Of a DNA stretch of 64,000 nt, positions 36,828 through 49,490 are shown one piece after another; within the stretch, counting starts at the first letter, position 1; each line of letters starts with the position of its first letter. The position numbers and the translations under genes were made by a program. This stretch comes from Nemertoderma westbladi (Eukaryota > Animalia > Xenacoelomorpha), in the NCBI GenBank assembly GCA_032718475.1, contig JAUCBJ010008178.1, forward strand, positions 103,386 to 167,385, read 5' to 3'. A model generated the notes under the pieces. It was given only the letters and a program-made list of their open reading frames with translations, did no database searches and was not told where the DNA came from.

Positions 36828-38637
36828 CTAAAATATCGTAGAGTGTAAGGGTCCAGTAGTATACCGCTTACCAGATCCTAGTAACGATGTATCTTACTAT
36901 GAGACTCTAGTAATGTATACGGGCTTGTACAGTATCTGACAACAAATCCCAGTCCAGGATATCTAAACAAACAGATATAGTACACAAACGACTACTGGCG
37001 AGGAACAGAGCCTTGTATCTATTCTATGTACGTGAGCGGGCCGAATGCCTACGTACTAGACAGAAGGATACCTGTCCTCTAACCGGTGAGGCAGATGTAC
37101 AGTTACAGTAACAGACCAAACTCACGGGAAAACAATCCCCGCGCAGCGAATCCTAACTATCACTGACAGTCCTAAATACAGTAACTTGCCGCGGTGTGAT
37201 TTATATGGTTTATATACGAGCTAGTGGGTTAACAGACCTAGCGTAACAACACTGACAGTCCTGAATCAGTCGAAAAGGGGTCGTGCCTAAATGTAACGAT
37301 AACTGATCCCCCTGTACGAAATCAGTCTAAAGGGTCAGGCCTAAATGTAACAATACCGTTGTCCAGACAAACAACAGTTTAATAACGAAAGTGAAATACT
37401 CCTTATCTTGCCGCAATCAAATCAGATCCTAATTGTACAAATACAAATAATTTCCACCTAACGTAATGTATAGTACGCTATAGCTAGTAGAACTTTAAGG
37501 GCGATATGTTTTAGGGCGTGTGTGTGTGGGTGTGTTACAAATAAAACAATTTCGAGTAATTCCTTTTACTAGGTTTTAGTGATTTTCTGACTAAATGATA
37601 CCGTGCGCTAGCTACTAAAATAAACTAGTCGCGTTTGTAGAACTTTCTACTCACAAATGACGTCAAAGCTCTCTCCTTCCTATCCACAACTCAATGGGCA
37701 ACCACAGTGTTAGTAACTACACCCGTGATCGGCACTAATACCAGATTCTGGTTGTAAGATAAGAATAGGGGTTAATCGCTACCGTACGTTAGCTGATCTG
37801 GTATACTAATTTAATTCTAGAATTTTGTTGCTGCGGTAGTTAGCAGCAATACCTATCAGTACGTGGCAAGGCGCGGTAGGATATTAATAAACCTCCCTAG
37901 GCCAAGCAGTGTGCCGGTAGCAGAAATACTCCTTGCCTGATCAAATAGCTAACTCCAGACAAGGGGGGGGGGGGGGGGGTACTAATGTACGTTCTACAAA
38001 GCGAACCGGTACCAAACAGTCAGTGCTATGAATCACTAAATTATGGAACGTATGCTGTCCGTGCCTAATGTGTACTCGCGTACTGACGAATGGCAATAGT
38101 TCGCACCTGTAGGAAGTACAGGTTAACCCAGGGATTCGTAGGACTTGACGAAGGGGGGGGTGTCTGGATATAATTATTTGATCCTAAATTTGCGGCGTCC
38201 AGTGCGGTGTCACGCTTACCCTGATCTATAGGTCTTACGGCGGGCAAGGGCGTCGAACAAAGTCTTACCTTTCTCACAAAGCGGGCGCTGCATGGCAAGT
38301 TGAGCATTTCGAAGGGGCAAAGGGGGTGCGCGGTCAATCCAATGTGGGCGCTAGCGTGTTGTGGACATCCCTTCCCTGCGTTGCTTACGGCCTAACGGTC
38401 TAGGCTGCCATCTCCCTGGTGTTCGGCTGTCCCGAAGTCGGACCAAAAGAAAACATGTCAGGAAATTGCAGTATATTTACAGTTTTACAAAAGGATTTAT
38501 CAAACAAGTTTCAACAAGAAACCGAATTAACTAATTTTACAAAAGTAAACTGATAGAGTAACGTTGGAAGCGAAGGGGGGGTAGAAGTAACAAGAGTGAT
38601 AACCGAAGGCAAACCGGCCTTTTATACTAGAAATTGC

Positions 38638-38840
38638 ACATGGAAACCAAACAGAAATTTCCACAGCTTCACCATTGAGCAATGAAGTACGTCGTGCCCT
38701 ATGATTGGCCCAGCTCATCGTTCAACGCAGTACGGCCCTTACACTAAATCTGGGACATGGAATCCTAACAGAATTTTCCACTGCCTCACATTTGAGCAAT
38801 AAGGTAATTTATGCCCTATGATTGGCCTGGCTCATTATCC
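38638..38840 (+). repeat. Two-copy ~117-bp diverged tandem repeat
   Basis: ACATGGAA...TTTCCAC...TTGAGCAAT...TGCCCTATGATTGGCC...GCTCAT at ~38638 and ~38755. Confidence 0.7.
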
Positions 38841-38914
38841 GCTACGTTGTACGCCTCTCATTGGCCTACCAATTAACACCTAAACGAAAATAAATGGCCC
38901 CAAAATACAAATTT

Positions 38915-38984
38915 CCCGACTGGGATTCGAACTCGTAACCTACGTAATGTAACCAACGCCTTAACCATCTGACCACTACGCCAC
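38915..38984 (-). pseudogene. tRNA-like sequence (pseudo-tRNA or SINE head)
   Basis: Minus strand has A-box-like GTGGTCAGATGGTTAAGGCG and B-box GAGTTCGAATCCC; acceptor stem does not pair. Confidence 0.5.
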
Positions 38985-39599
38985 GAGAGTACCTAAGGGT
39001 TTTATGTGTACAAATATGAGTAGGCATATTACATTACTGTAACTTAATCAAAATACGTCGGATTTTCAAAGTTTTTACGCTAAAGTTAAACTACAAATGC
39101 TACCTTATAGTGAAATAATTCATCACCGCTCCATGAAAACAGTAAGTAAGACTGTTTTCACCAATCAAAATATAAAATATCTACAAACTATTTCTAAATT
39201 TACTGGTAGGGCCTAAAATATAAAATATAATCACTATCTAATCATTGCATACTTAATATTGCAGATACGGCGTAAATACAATCGATCGTACATACAAATA
39301 CAAATTTACGAATTAACTTTAGTGCCTAAAATACAAAAAAAGGCTTTCGGTTATCAATATAAGCAAATAAACAAATCAAAACAAATAATTCAAACAAATC
39401 AGAGCAAATAATTCAAACAAATCAAACAAATAAATCAAACTCTTTCGATAAATCTTTATATATTGTAAATATACGTAATAAACCTTCACCAAATTAAATC
39501 AGTTCCAAATATAATATAAACATAATGCGCTAATAACTTTCAAATAAGTCTTAAAGAGTCCTCCTGACGATCTTAAAAGTTCGTCCTGCTGGTCTGGAT

Positions 39600-39617
39600 A
39601 TCTTCTCCTGAGCACCA
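39600..39617 (-). other. Candidate retrotransposon primer-binding site (TGGTGCTCAGGAGAAG) following ...CCAGCA+AT
   Basis: Canonical LTR-end CA + 2 nt + TGG geometry on the minus strand; resembles the complement of a tRNA 3' end (...GAGCACCA). Confidence 0.5.
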
Positions 39618-39803
39618 ATTGCTGGGAGAGATAGAGTAGGCGATAGGGTAGCGCGAACGACGGGATTAAACCCGGAAGTCGCGGAGTACATACCGGTAGG
39701 TAGGCGAGAGGTAGGTAGGCCTATATCGGTACAGCAGCATGACTATAATACACAGGGACACAACATATATCCAGGGGAGGGGGGAATTATTGCAGATAGA
39801 TGT

Positions 39804-41801
39804 ATGGGCCCCAATATATTAACATCAACCCCAGTACCAAACATACCGGTGAGAGGGGGACAGGGTGACATTCCACCATCACAATATCAACAATATACCC
39901 CAATAGGAGCGAGAACATCGAACCCCTTGGACGAGAACAGATCATGCGACACGGAAATATGGAGGGGGCCGTTACCCCCAATGATATATCCGACGCAAAG
40001 GACAACAACAGATAGGACGGACGGACCGCACCCAACAGGAGAAACTATACAACATCCATCAAACCCATTAGAAGCGCAAGCGATGGGAATGGCCACATTG
40101 ATCGATGCGTTAAAAACTAGGATCGAGTTACCACCTGTGGAACCATTTAAATTCGATGGGAGTAGGCCGGAAGAATATCTACAGTTTCGGCGCATGTATA
40201 GTAACGAAATATTAAGTAAGAACTTGACGCAGGCGGAGTGCCTAAAATATCTGCAAGTATATACAGGAGGCCCAGCATACGACATCGTGAGGCAATACCA
40301 GGGCATCGAGGGCGGCTTCACGACAGCATGGCGGGCGCTAGATAGGGAATACGGGCACCCGGCCAAGATCATCCGGCAAACCCTGAGAGGCATAACATCG
40401 GATGGCCTACAGGACAATCCCGTTAGCATAAGGACCTTTGCAAACAAGGTCGAGAAGGCGTTAATCGTGTTAAAGACGCTAGACGCACCATACGAACTCA
40501 ACGCGTCTAACAACATCACCACGATAGCGCAGGCACTGCCGATCTGGTTACGAAGGAAGTGGAGGAAGATAGCCTTCTCCACACGGGAGAAGAAGGGTGC
40601 GGAACCGGGCTTAGAAGAGATGTCGAGCTTCCTCAACTATGAAGCCGAATTAATAACAGACCCAGTCTATAGCGAGGATAGTTTGGGGACAAGCCATAAA
40701 CCCGAACACGATCCTGCAGATCCATTCCCGAGAGTGGGACAGTCACTACCACATGCGGCCACACAGGGGACTGCTAGTCCACAGTTAGCTGGTAGCAGGG
40801 CCACACCGTGGCAGGGACAGAAAGAAAATAACACCATAAATAAACACAATCCCAATATACCCAGTAGGCCGAGTACAGACAACCAAAACACTAAATCGGT
40901 ACATATAAACCTACGCGCGATACGTGAGGGACTATACAGGGAACGCTATAATCCAGGATTCGAATGTCAATTACATCGGGATGGAACACATAAGACCAGG
41001 AGTTGTAAGCACTGGCAAGCGTTGCCCAAACAAGATCGTATAGCCTACACAGACGCAAACGGACTATGTCATCGATGTGTGGTAGAAGGACACAGATCCG
41101 GAGAGTGTAGAGAAACAGCAGTTAGAGAGTCCGAGACTGGAGGCCAGGCAATGGCCACAAGCACGACAGAAGAGGAGAAGAAGAGAAAAGTACTACTCGG
41201 GGTAGTACCAGTAAAGATATCAGGAGAGGGCGGTCGATCAGTAACGACATTAATGCTGGTCGACAGCGGAGCAGCCTTCACGCTGGTGGAGAACTGGGTG
41301 GCCGAAGAGATAGGGCTAAAGACAAGGCCGAATAGAATGGCGGTGACTACCGTCTCGAGTAAAGATGAGGTCCTGGAGACGAGGGCGGGGCGGTGCAGGA
41401 TAGCAGCGATTGCACCGGGATACGACTATGGGGCGACGATCGACCCCATCCACGTCATAGAATCGATAAACATCAACGCCAGGCGACCAACCAACATTGA
41501 GGTCGAACAATATAGATTCCTGGACGGTATCGATTTCTCAATACCAAAGGTGGACGTTAGGAAGGTGTCCATTATAGTAGGGATGGACTGCCCAACGGCC
41601 CACGAGAGAACGAAGACGGTCTTCGGCGAAGACAGGCAGCGGGATCCGACGGCGATCCTCACGCCATTCGGGTGGATGCTTAGCGGCCCAGTTAAAACTA
41701 AGATCCCATGCAGTGTGACAGAGACAGGCAGGGTGCATGTTACCAGGCACCGCAGGCGCAGAGGACGAAGAGGAGAAACAGGAGATAGTAGAGCCAGATA
41801 G
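39804..41801 (+). CDS. BEL/Pao-type LTR retrotransposon Gag-protease ORF (no RT/RNaseH/integrase core)
   Basis: PFKFDGSRPEEYLQF...YLQVYTGGPA...AWRALDREYGHP Gag block; Cys/His knuckles (CQLHRDGTHKTRSC, GLCHRCVVEGHRSGEC); protease LVDSGA; IIVGMD and TPFGWMLSG typical of the BEL protease C-terminus. Confidence 0.88.
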   Translation: MGPNILTSTPVPNIPVRGGQGDIPPSQYQQYTPIGARTSNPLDENRSCDTEIWRGPLPPMIYPTQRTTTDRTDGPHPTGETIQHPSNPLEAQAMGMATLIDALKTRIELPPVEPFKFDGSRPEEYLQFRRMYSNEILSKNLTQAECLKYLQVYTGGPAYDIVRQYQGIEGGFTTAWRALDREYGHPAKIIRQTLRGITSDGLQDNPVSIRTFANKVEKALIVLKTLDAPYELNASNNITTIAQALPIWLRRKWRKIAFSTREKKGAEPGLEEMSSFLNYEAELITDPVYSEDSLGTSHKPEHDPADPFPRVGQSLPHAATQGTASPQLAGSRATPWQGQKENNTINKHNPNIPSRPSTDNQNTKSVHINLRAIREGLYRERYNPGFECQLHRDGTHKTRSCKHWQALPKQDRIAYTDANGLCHRCVVEGHRSGECRETAVRESETGGQAMATSTTEEEKKRKVLLGVVPVKISGEGGRSVTTLMLVDSGAAFTLVENWVAEEIGLKTRPNRMAVTTVSSKDEVLETRAGRCRIAAIAPGYDYGATIDPIHVIESININARRPTNIEVEQYRFLDGIDFSIPKVDVRKVSIIVGMDCPTAHERTKTVFGEDRQRDPTAILTPFGWMLSGPVKTKIPCSVTETGRVHVTRHRRRRGRRGETGDSRAR

Positions 41802-41907
41802 GGAGGTGACAGTAAGAAAGTGGGCAGAGGAGAGTAGGTTTCCCAACAAGCATCGGTATGGAGACGGAGCGGAGCGGACGGCGAGGTGTCCGGAGGACAA
41901 CACTCCG

Positions 41908-41985
41908 GGGGAGTGCCCGGAGGAGTGTCGGGAGGAGTGTCTAGAGGAGTGTCTGGAGGAGTGTCCAGAGGAGTGTCCGGAAGAG
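41908..41985 (+). repeat. 12-bp minisatellite (GAGGAGTGTCCG-like, ~6 units)
   Basis: Direct reading; gives EECP/EECL repeats in ORF 41737-42324. Confidence 0.85.
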
Positions 41986-42484
41986 ACGCAGGTCCGGTTT
42001 GGAGGCATACCGACAAGGGGGAAGTCGAGAAGGAAGGCAGGATGGAAAGGGATAGGACTACTATTGTACCTACTGTTCTGCCTGTTCTTTCACTTTCTAT
42101 TCATTCTGCAGGCGGGAGACAACAAGGAGAGAGGTGGCATTTTGATGCCAGGAGACGAGCTAGTTAAGAAGACGGTGGAGAGACCCAACCTTGGGGTGGT
42201 GAAAGGGGGAGAACCAATTCCTGGTCAGGTGGAATTGGCGAAGAGGGTGTGGCGAAGAGTAAGAGGACGTATAGGAGGGCAGTGGGAGTGTGCCTACTGG
42301 AAGAAGGGGCACCTTAGAGTTTAGTCGTCCAAGCTTTTGGACTGAGGGGGGTGGGAATGAGGGCGAGACGCCCTTCCCACAAGAAAATTAATCATTTAAT
42401 TATAAATAAATATTAATAAATAATTAAATAATAGTTAGAAGAGATAGTTAGTAGTAGTAAGGAGATAAGTTAGAAGATAGGAGA

Positions 42485-43200
42485 GTTAAGTTAGAAGGCG
42501 GCGGGGTAAGGGAGTGTGGCATATTGTCATGCCACGAGTAGTAGTAGGGAGGTTGTGGGCACCGTAAGCGCCACGTAGAAGGATAGTAAGTAGAGAAGTT
42601 AGAAGGCGGCGGGGTAAGGGAGTGTGGCATATTGTCATGCCACGAGTAGTAGTAGGGGGGTCGTGGGCACCGGAAGCGCCACGTAGAAAGTAGAAGTAGT
42701 AAGAGAGGGGTTGTGGGCACCGGAAGCGCCACGTAGAAAGTAGAAGTAGTAAGAGAGGGGTTGTGGGCACCGGAAGTGCCACGTAGAAAGTAGTAGGAGA
42801 GAGTGGTTGTGGGCACCGGAAGCACCATGTAGAAAGTAGTAGGAGAGAGTGGTTGTGGGCACCGGAAGCGCCACGTAGAAAGTAGTAGGAGAGAGTGGTT
42901 GTGGGCACCGGAAGTGCCACGTAGAAAGTAGTAGCAGAGAGTGGTTGTGGGCACCGCAAGCGCCACGTAGATAGAGGTGGTGAAAGAGTGGTTGTGGGCA
43001 CCGCAAGCGCCACGTAGAGAGTAGAAAGGGGTAGACTAAGTATAGTTAGAGGAAGTAGAGTTAGTAAGAGGGTACGTAGTACCGGTTGTGGTTGTGGGCA
43101 CCGTTAGCGCCACGTAGATGGAGGTAGAGTTAGTAAGAGCGTACGTAGTACCGGTTGTGGTTGTGGGCACCGTTAGCGCCACGTAGATAGAGATAGAGTT
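42485..43200 (+). repeat. Tandem array of ~48-68-bp units with core GGTTGTGGGCACCGGAAGCGCCACGTAGA (~11 copies), likely within an LTR
   Basis: Core motif read repeatedly; the first two units are embedded in a ~110-bp duplication. Confidence 0.9.
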
Positions 43201-44339
43201 AGTTGGAGGGTTTTAGTCAGAGTTAGAAAAGAGTTAGTAGACTTAGCAGAAAGTTAGAGAGTTCTAGTTAGAGTTAGTAGAAAGTTAGAGGCTTTTAGTT
43301 AGAGCTAAAAGTAGTAAGAGTTAGCAGAGAGTAGAGTTAGTAGTTAGGAGTTAGTTAGAGTTAGAGAAGCTAGATAGTTAGCAAGTTAGACCTTAGATAA
43401 GGTAGATAGTATGATAGCACAGGGGTAGCATTAGAGGTCAGGACCTTAGAGAGTGGCAGGGAGTAGAGAGGAGATAGTGAAAGGAGCTGTTGGCGAGAGA
43501 GAAGTGTGCGATTCAGGTGTGGGGAGAGGGTAAGAGTGAGTTGAGTTAGAGAGCGGAGTTAGAGTGGTAAGAGTGTTGGGGAAACAAAAATTGTGTGAGA
43601 GAAGTGCACGATCGGCCCGACACGAGACGCCAGAGGGTAGTGACATCATACCCATAGGGAGCGGCCCGGAAAGCCGACTCCAAGAAAATAGATCCACCCC
43701 ACACCCGATAATAGATCGAGTTCCAGCGGAATTGAAGCGCACTTTAGTTGGATGCTATCTTCTTACCGGGAAGATAGCATGGGGGGGAGTGTTAGCTTAT
43801 CCAATTCCGCCTCACCTAAACCCCATAAAGTAAGCCGTTAAGCAATATTGGGAGCACGAGGTTGATTACCAATATCAACCTCGTGTCACCCCAATAAAGT
43901 GGGAAGGAGAAACGCACAATAGGGGTCAGGGGTTACACCCCTGACAGAGAGAGAATAGCAGGGGCAAAGGGAAGCACTTCAGAGGGGGGCAAAGGGTGAC
44001 AAGTAGGATATCAGCCAATGGGGGGACAGGAGAGGCATCGGTTAGGTGATAGGGCCAACATAGCAGTATATTACCGGTTGGTGTTTCTCATTTGTGCAGT
44101 TTAGTTGGTCAGCTACCGGTCTTAGTGTAGAAGGAGGACATTGTTTTACCGTTGTCACTGGTATGCCATCATTATTCAGTTTATGTATTCAACTTATTCA
44201 ACCTATGCTATTATACAACTCTCACGCTATCACACGTAAACTCTTGTATTATTATATATCATCCATAACATCCTACACCAGCTTGACGACGCGTACGAAA
44301 CAATTACTCCGGTCGGGATTGATCCGTCGATCCCGTCAC

Positions 44340-44943
44340 AAAACGTCTTCTAGGATTGCCAAAAAATGCGTCCAATACAATGGCTTTGAAACTTATAGGC
44401 ACTCCAACCTTTATAGAAGATCTAATAACGAAAAGACCCTTAATGTTCAAGGCAGATATTATTGAACAATACAAAGCTTGCCGTGTTGAAAAGGAAACAA
44501 TATTTGAATCCATGAATTATAAACGTGGACCTGCCTTCGCATCAGAAACTTGGAGACAGCCTGGACAAACCAACCGACATGCTGTGACAAGAGCTGCATT
44601 CCATGGATTCCATTATAAAATCTGTTCCAATAAACATCCTTTCCATGAAATTAGCACTGATTGCCGCTGTATCTACTGCGATGAAGAAGATATACAACTA
44701 CATCATGCATTAACATGCAAGGACTGTCCCTCTCTCAACGCACTAGCAAACAACTATGCATTGTAAACATTTTAATATAACAACCATTCTGTGTCATTAA
44801 ACCACATAGTACCGTTTTAATTATTTAATGTTACTTACCGTATCTCTAAACTCTATATTTTATCATGTAACTGTACACTGTATATACATGTTTACTATAT
44901 GAACCGTTTTAGCCAATTAAATTACCCCGAACGGGGTGAATCG

Positions 44944-44971
<28 letters not shown>
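44340..44971 (+). mobile_element. 3' end of a 5'-truncated non-LTR retrotransposon with C-terminal Cys/His region and poly(A) tail
   Basis: KRLLGLPKNASNTMAL...FHGFHYKIC...CRCIYC...HHALTC, stop at 44766, 3' UTR, A28 tail at 44944-44971. Confidence 0.8.
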
Positions 44972-44975
<4 letters not shown>

Positions 44976-45855
44976 CATATTTTCCAAAATTTGGTGCTGG
45001 CACAACAATTTTCACCCACCGGCGAAAAATACAAGTTTGAGAACTCTTATGAAATTTTTACTGATTCCATTGAATTCAGAACCATCACAACCCGTATAAC
45101 GCAAGAAACAAGGTAACACAATCAATTGATATATTTGATGGTTTTCAAAATTTGGTGCTAGCACCACATTTTGCACCCACATCCGAAAGATACAAGTTTG
45201 AGATGTCTAGTTCGATAATTATATTTTCCATTGAATTCAGAACAGCCATAAACCTCTAAAACGCAAGAAATAAATTGTCACAAGCAATTTTATCTATTGA
45301 ATGGATTTTCAAAATTTCGTGCTAGCACCAAAATTTGCACACAGCACCGAAAAATACAAGTTTGATACGCTTGGTGCAACTCGTATATATTTAATCGAAT
45401 CCAGAAACCCAAAAAACCCCAATTGCGTAAAAAACAAGTTTCAGGAGATCAATTTACAAAATTGATTTATTTCAAAATTTGGTGCTGGCACCAAAATTTG
45501 GCACCTACCGAAAAAAACAAGTTTGAAATTTCTAAATCAATTTATATGAATTCCATCAAATTTCTAACACCAAAAAACCGGTGTAAATAAAAAATAAAGA
45601 TGTTACAATTCATATTTAATGAAATGTAATTTTCAAAAAACGTCTCAAAAAAAGTGCCAAAAGTAGGGTTAAAAAATGGTGCTATAACTCGAAAAGTACC
45701 CAATATTTTTGAAAACGGTTTTAACTACTAGGAAGACAATAGATTTTTAGGAAAAGTAATAAAATTTCAGATTCCCAACTGCGTTTGTTTCAGAATTATA
45801 ATAAAAAAACCACGGATGGGTGGTCATATTGACCCCCCCCCCGGGTTTAATAGGG
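44972..45855 (-). mobile_element. piggyBac-like non-autonomous element end with four ~163-bp subterminal repeats
   Basis: Terminus ...TAATAGGG|TTAA (45855/45856). TTTCAAAATTTGGTGCT(G/A)GCAC-type motif at ~44980, 45142, 45306 and 45470. Other end not seen. Confidence 0.55.
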
Positions 45856-46254
45856 TTAATCTATCATATAAAAAAACTTTCATGCGATTAGGTTCAAAAC
45901 TGTAAAAGCCTTAGGGTTTTAAGCGCTGTTAACTAGTATTAACTAATATTTAATAGCGAAAAATTAATTTTTTCAGACCTGTCATGTAGAATAGCATCTT
46001 AGGTACCTATATTCCAAATTATAGCCAAAATCAAACAATTTTGAAACGATGTGTGTGATAAATCGAAGAGAGAGCTGTCCGAAAATGATGTACCGCCTTA
46101 AAATAGACTTTAAAATTTCACCGAATTGGATAAATAATTTAAAGAGGGACAGTTGGGGCAGTCTAGAACGTGGTACAGGTGATGATGGGCCGAGCCACCG
46201 CTAAAGCTGCATAAACGGCTCGATCTTGAAATGTTTCAGAGTTTGTGCATAAGT

Positions 46255-46505
46255 TGGAGTGCCCACCATGGGCCGTAGTTCTACTGTAGTTATAATGATA
46301 TGGCGGTTCTGTTGGAGAGCTCCTTTCCGAGAGGAATTTATAAACGCCGGTCCATTTAAGTAGCCCTGGTTTATAAAATTATCATCACGCTCTCGTTTGT
46401 CATCACGAATGTTTACGGCTCTGAGAGCCATCGTAGCTGAATCAGTTTTTGATAGTCCTAACAGGCGTTTAACAAATCTTGCCTTAATTATATCGAGTTC
46501 TTTTG
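46255..46505 (-). pseudogene. LINE ORF2 C-terminal fragment of the same group as 44340-44766
   Basis: Translates KARFVKRLLGLSKTDSATMALRAV...NGPAFINS...QQNRHII, versus KRLLGLPKNASNTMAL...RGPAFASE...QTNRHAV. Confidence 0.7.
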
Positions 46506-46567
46506 TGGGTTACGGTTAGAAATTTTCCTATGACAGGGATCCCCCTGTCAGAAGAAGGTAGAATTTC

Positions 46568-46665
46568 GGATCTAGGACACTTCCCCCCCAGACACTTCCC
46601 CCCCGCCCAAGTAGGACACTTCCCCCCCGGACACTTCCCCCCGGACACTTGCCCCCCGGACACAA
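46568..46665 (+). repeat. GGACACTTCCCCCC repeats (~6), probable MULE-type transposon terminus
   Basis: Direct reading of the repeats; superfamily assignment is inference. Confidence 0.55.
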
Positions 46666-46807
46666 ATTTTCAGCTATTTAAAAATACTGTTAGGTGTTGA
46701 GTAGGCAACCTATTCATTTAATACTAATACCGTAAACCTACTTCAAAACTCACTCCATTATTTAATTCAAGGCCAATTATCCTATCATATTGTGGCAAAT
46801 GGGCATT

Positions 46808-47130
46808 TTGGGGGTTTTATCAGAACGAATAATTAAAAGTCCCTCTGACATTTAACTAATAAGAAACCCCCTAATATCTAATTTAAGGGGTTTTATCAGA
46901 AATTAAATCCCATATTGAAGGTGCTTAAACAGAGTTTTTTCCTATTTAGGGGGTTTTAACAGATATCAAGCGATATTTAGACGGGATCTTATTTTGCGTT
47001 TTTCTCCGTTATTATCGCTGTTTTAACTTCTGGGCTTTTGTCAGAAGGTGGATATCAATCTAAGGTACCCGAATCACCAAAAACCTGAAAATGGCCAAAA
47101 ATCGACTTAAGGGGTTTTACCAGATTACCC
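46808..47130. repeat. Dispersed GGGGTTTTAT/ACAGA subterminal motifs ending in CAGATTACCC, probable DNA-transposon end
   Basis: Five motif copies at ~46810, 46887, 46949, 47032 and 47111. Confidence 0.45.
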
Positions 47131-48644
47131 ACGATATGTTTCTAACTCTACTGTCCCCGATCGATATCTACTCGCCTCTCGATCTGTATCTACATTCCGA
47201 TATGTATCTAACTGAAATTAACACTACTGCACACGATATTCAATAGATATCTATGTACTAACATACTTTCCTTTCTACGTACATATCGTACCTTACGCGA
47301 TATGTATCTTGCTTTTTTTATTTTTTATTTATTATTTGTGAGGCATTATTTACGCCCCCCTTGTCCAATAGTTTATTGCATGATGTTCATGGTGGATGAT
47401 CCACCAAATAACGGTTGGTTATCGGCCTCGTATAAGTCTTTTTCTTCTTCTCTCCAATCTTTCCTCCGATTCGGAATTCCACTGTCCGAATATGTCTGTC
47501 CATTTACTCCCGCCACTTCTCTCGCTGGTTACCATTGATTGTCTCCTCCGTCCGATGCCCACAGTACTGACACCCATGGCACCAACGCCTCGCACTGCTC
47601 CAGCCCCAACCGCTCTCTCCACTGCCCCAACCCCAGCTCCCCTCACCGTTCCAACTCCCACTCCTTTCAGAGCCTTGACCCCCACATCCGACCCTCCATC
47701 TCAACCCTCCGCACGTGGTCTCTGTCTAAAACTCTTATCAAAGGAAATCAAACACATTATCGTTAATAAAGAACCCGCGGCTATAGTAACAGTTTAACAT
47801 TGGTAAATGTCTACCGCTTCATCCCTCTCAAACTCGATGTAATGATGTGTGTTAAGATCAGCCCCAACTTGACAATTCTGAACTCATTCTGCATAATCCA
47901 AACTCGATAATGAGTCAGAATCCGATCGCGACATATGAACTCTATGCCGACCCTATTGAACTAACTCTTGGCCGAGTCATATTATTTAGGACCATATACT
48001 GTATATAATTGTTTTGCTTCTATAGTTCCCTACGTGGAACAAGGCAATAACAAGATTTTTCTCATTTGTGTGGTGAAGGAAATTTAATTTTATATTGATT
48101 TATGAATTACCTCTGGGAGAGAACCATAATTATTATTTATTTAAATATTAAGTATTTAAATAACCTCAAACAGAAACCGCATATATTTTCTAGTCAGATT
48201 TTTGCAAACATCAGGCACTCACGCAGTGCAGTTTATTTATGCAGGACAAAAAAACTATTTTTCAAAATCTTGGCTCAAAATCTTTTTTTATGACCAATTC
48301 TTGCCAAAATTTGCCATGGGGGTGTGTATGTTATAAAAGATTTTTCGCGCCTCCGTAGGCAAACATACAAAAGTACGCTCCTCCACGATACTGATTTTAG
48401 AAATGCAATAATAAAACCTAATTATTCCCTCCCCCCACCCCCCATTCTCACCGCAAGATCCCATCTCCATCTAAAAACCAATATCACGGCCTAAAGTTCC
48501 ATCCAGTCAGTCACCTTTCCACCCCCTCACTCACCTACCAACCACAATATTGTTAGCTTCCCTGTAAGCTACTGCCGTCCATTAGAGAGAGGGCTGTTGC
48601 GCTGTCAGTCAGAGAGGTAACAGCCCATGGGGTAAGGATTTACC

Positions 48645-48672
48645 CATGGCCTACTATATATAGTAGGCCATG
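48645..48672. mobile_element. 28-bp perfect palindrome with 7-bp direct flanks; probable P-type transposon excision footprint
   Basis: CATGGCCTACTATATATAGTAGGCCATG flanked by ATTTACC at 48638-48644 and 48673-48679. Confidence 0.6.
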
Positions 48673-49229
48673 ATTTACCTCTGGGACCTGTATTAGGCAA
48701 AATAGCAGTAGCTGTGTAGGCCCACCAGTACTGTGCACGGTACAAGACCCGAAATTTAGCCTACATCTGTAAATAATACACGGTTTCGCGGTACAAGACC
48801 ATATAAATTAGACCACCATCTGTAAAATGCTCGCGTGAGTTCAGGAGTTGCACAGATGTCAGGATGTGCTGATTCTATATCATCACTAGGCCTAACGGAT
48901 TCTGGTAGCCTGGAACTAGACCACCTGACCACTACAAAAACTGATGCGACAGAGCGAGGTGCCGTTTAGCCTAACACTCAATGCATTGTTTGGTTGGACA
49001 TTGACATTACCGGTATTGCATTACACAGTTACAGTGTACATTACTGCATTATTACATACGGATTTAGTATGGATTGAGAAATTGGATATATTTGACGTCA
49101 ATGGAGGTTTGGTTTGAGAAATTAATACAGTAATATCACGTAGGCCTACCTAATCATATCTTTGTGTTAATTATTACTAGATCCACTGGCCCCCAGCCAC
49201 CTTCAACAAACCATCATTGCCGAGGGGCA

Positions 49230-49490
49230 CTCAGCACGGCGCCTCACCGCCTAATGGACCGGGGCCATTTAGTTCACCCCGTGGCCTTTGAGACCTTTGG
49301 CCGCCCTGTTCCATCCAGAGACATCCACCTTCCTCCGGGAGATCGGGGCTCGTCTGCACAGTGCCACCCACGAACCGTGGTCACACCAGTTTCTGCTCCA
49401 ACGCCTGGAGAAGGCAATTTTGGTTGGTAATGCAGCCTCAGTCATGGGGACAGCAACCACGCCGACCATCGGTCTATTCGGGGACTGAAG
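49230..49490 (+). pseudogene. C-terminal fragment of an RLE-type (CRE-like) non-LTR retrotransposon
   Basis: HPVAFETFG / FLREIGARL...EPWSHQFLLQRLEKAILVGNAASVMGT, split by a frameshift. Confidence 0.7.

Noticed and set aside
39887-43013. Minus-strand ORFs of 120-250 aa over the gag gene and the tandem array
   Set aside because: Antisense shadows of a GC-rich ORF and translations of repeats; no recognisable domains.
47396-47797. Pro/Thr-rich 133-aa ORF
   Set aside because: Low-complexity pyrimidine-rich tract, open in several frames, no domain signature.
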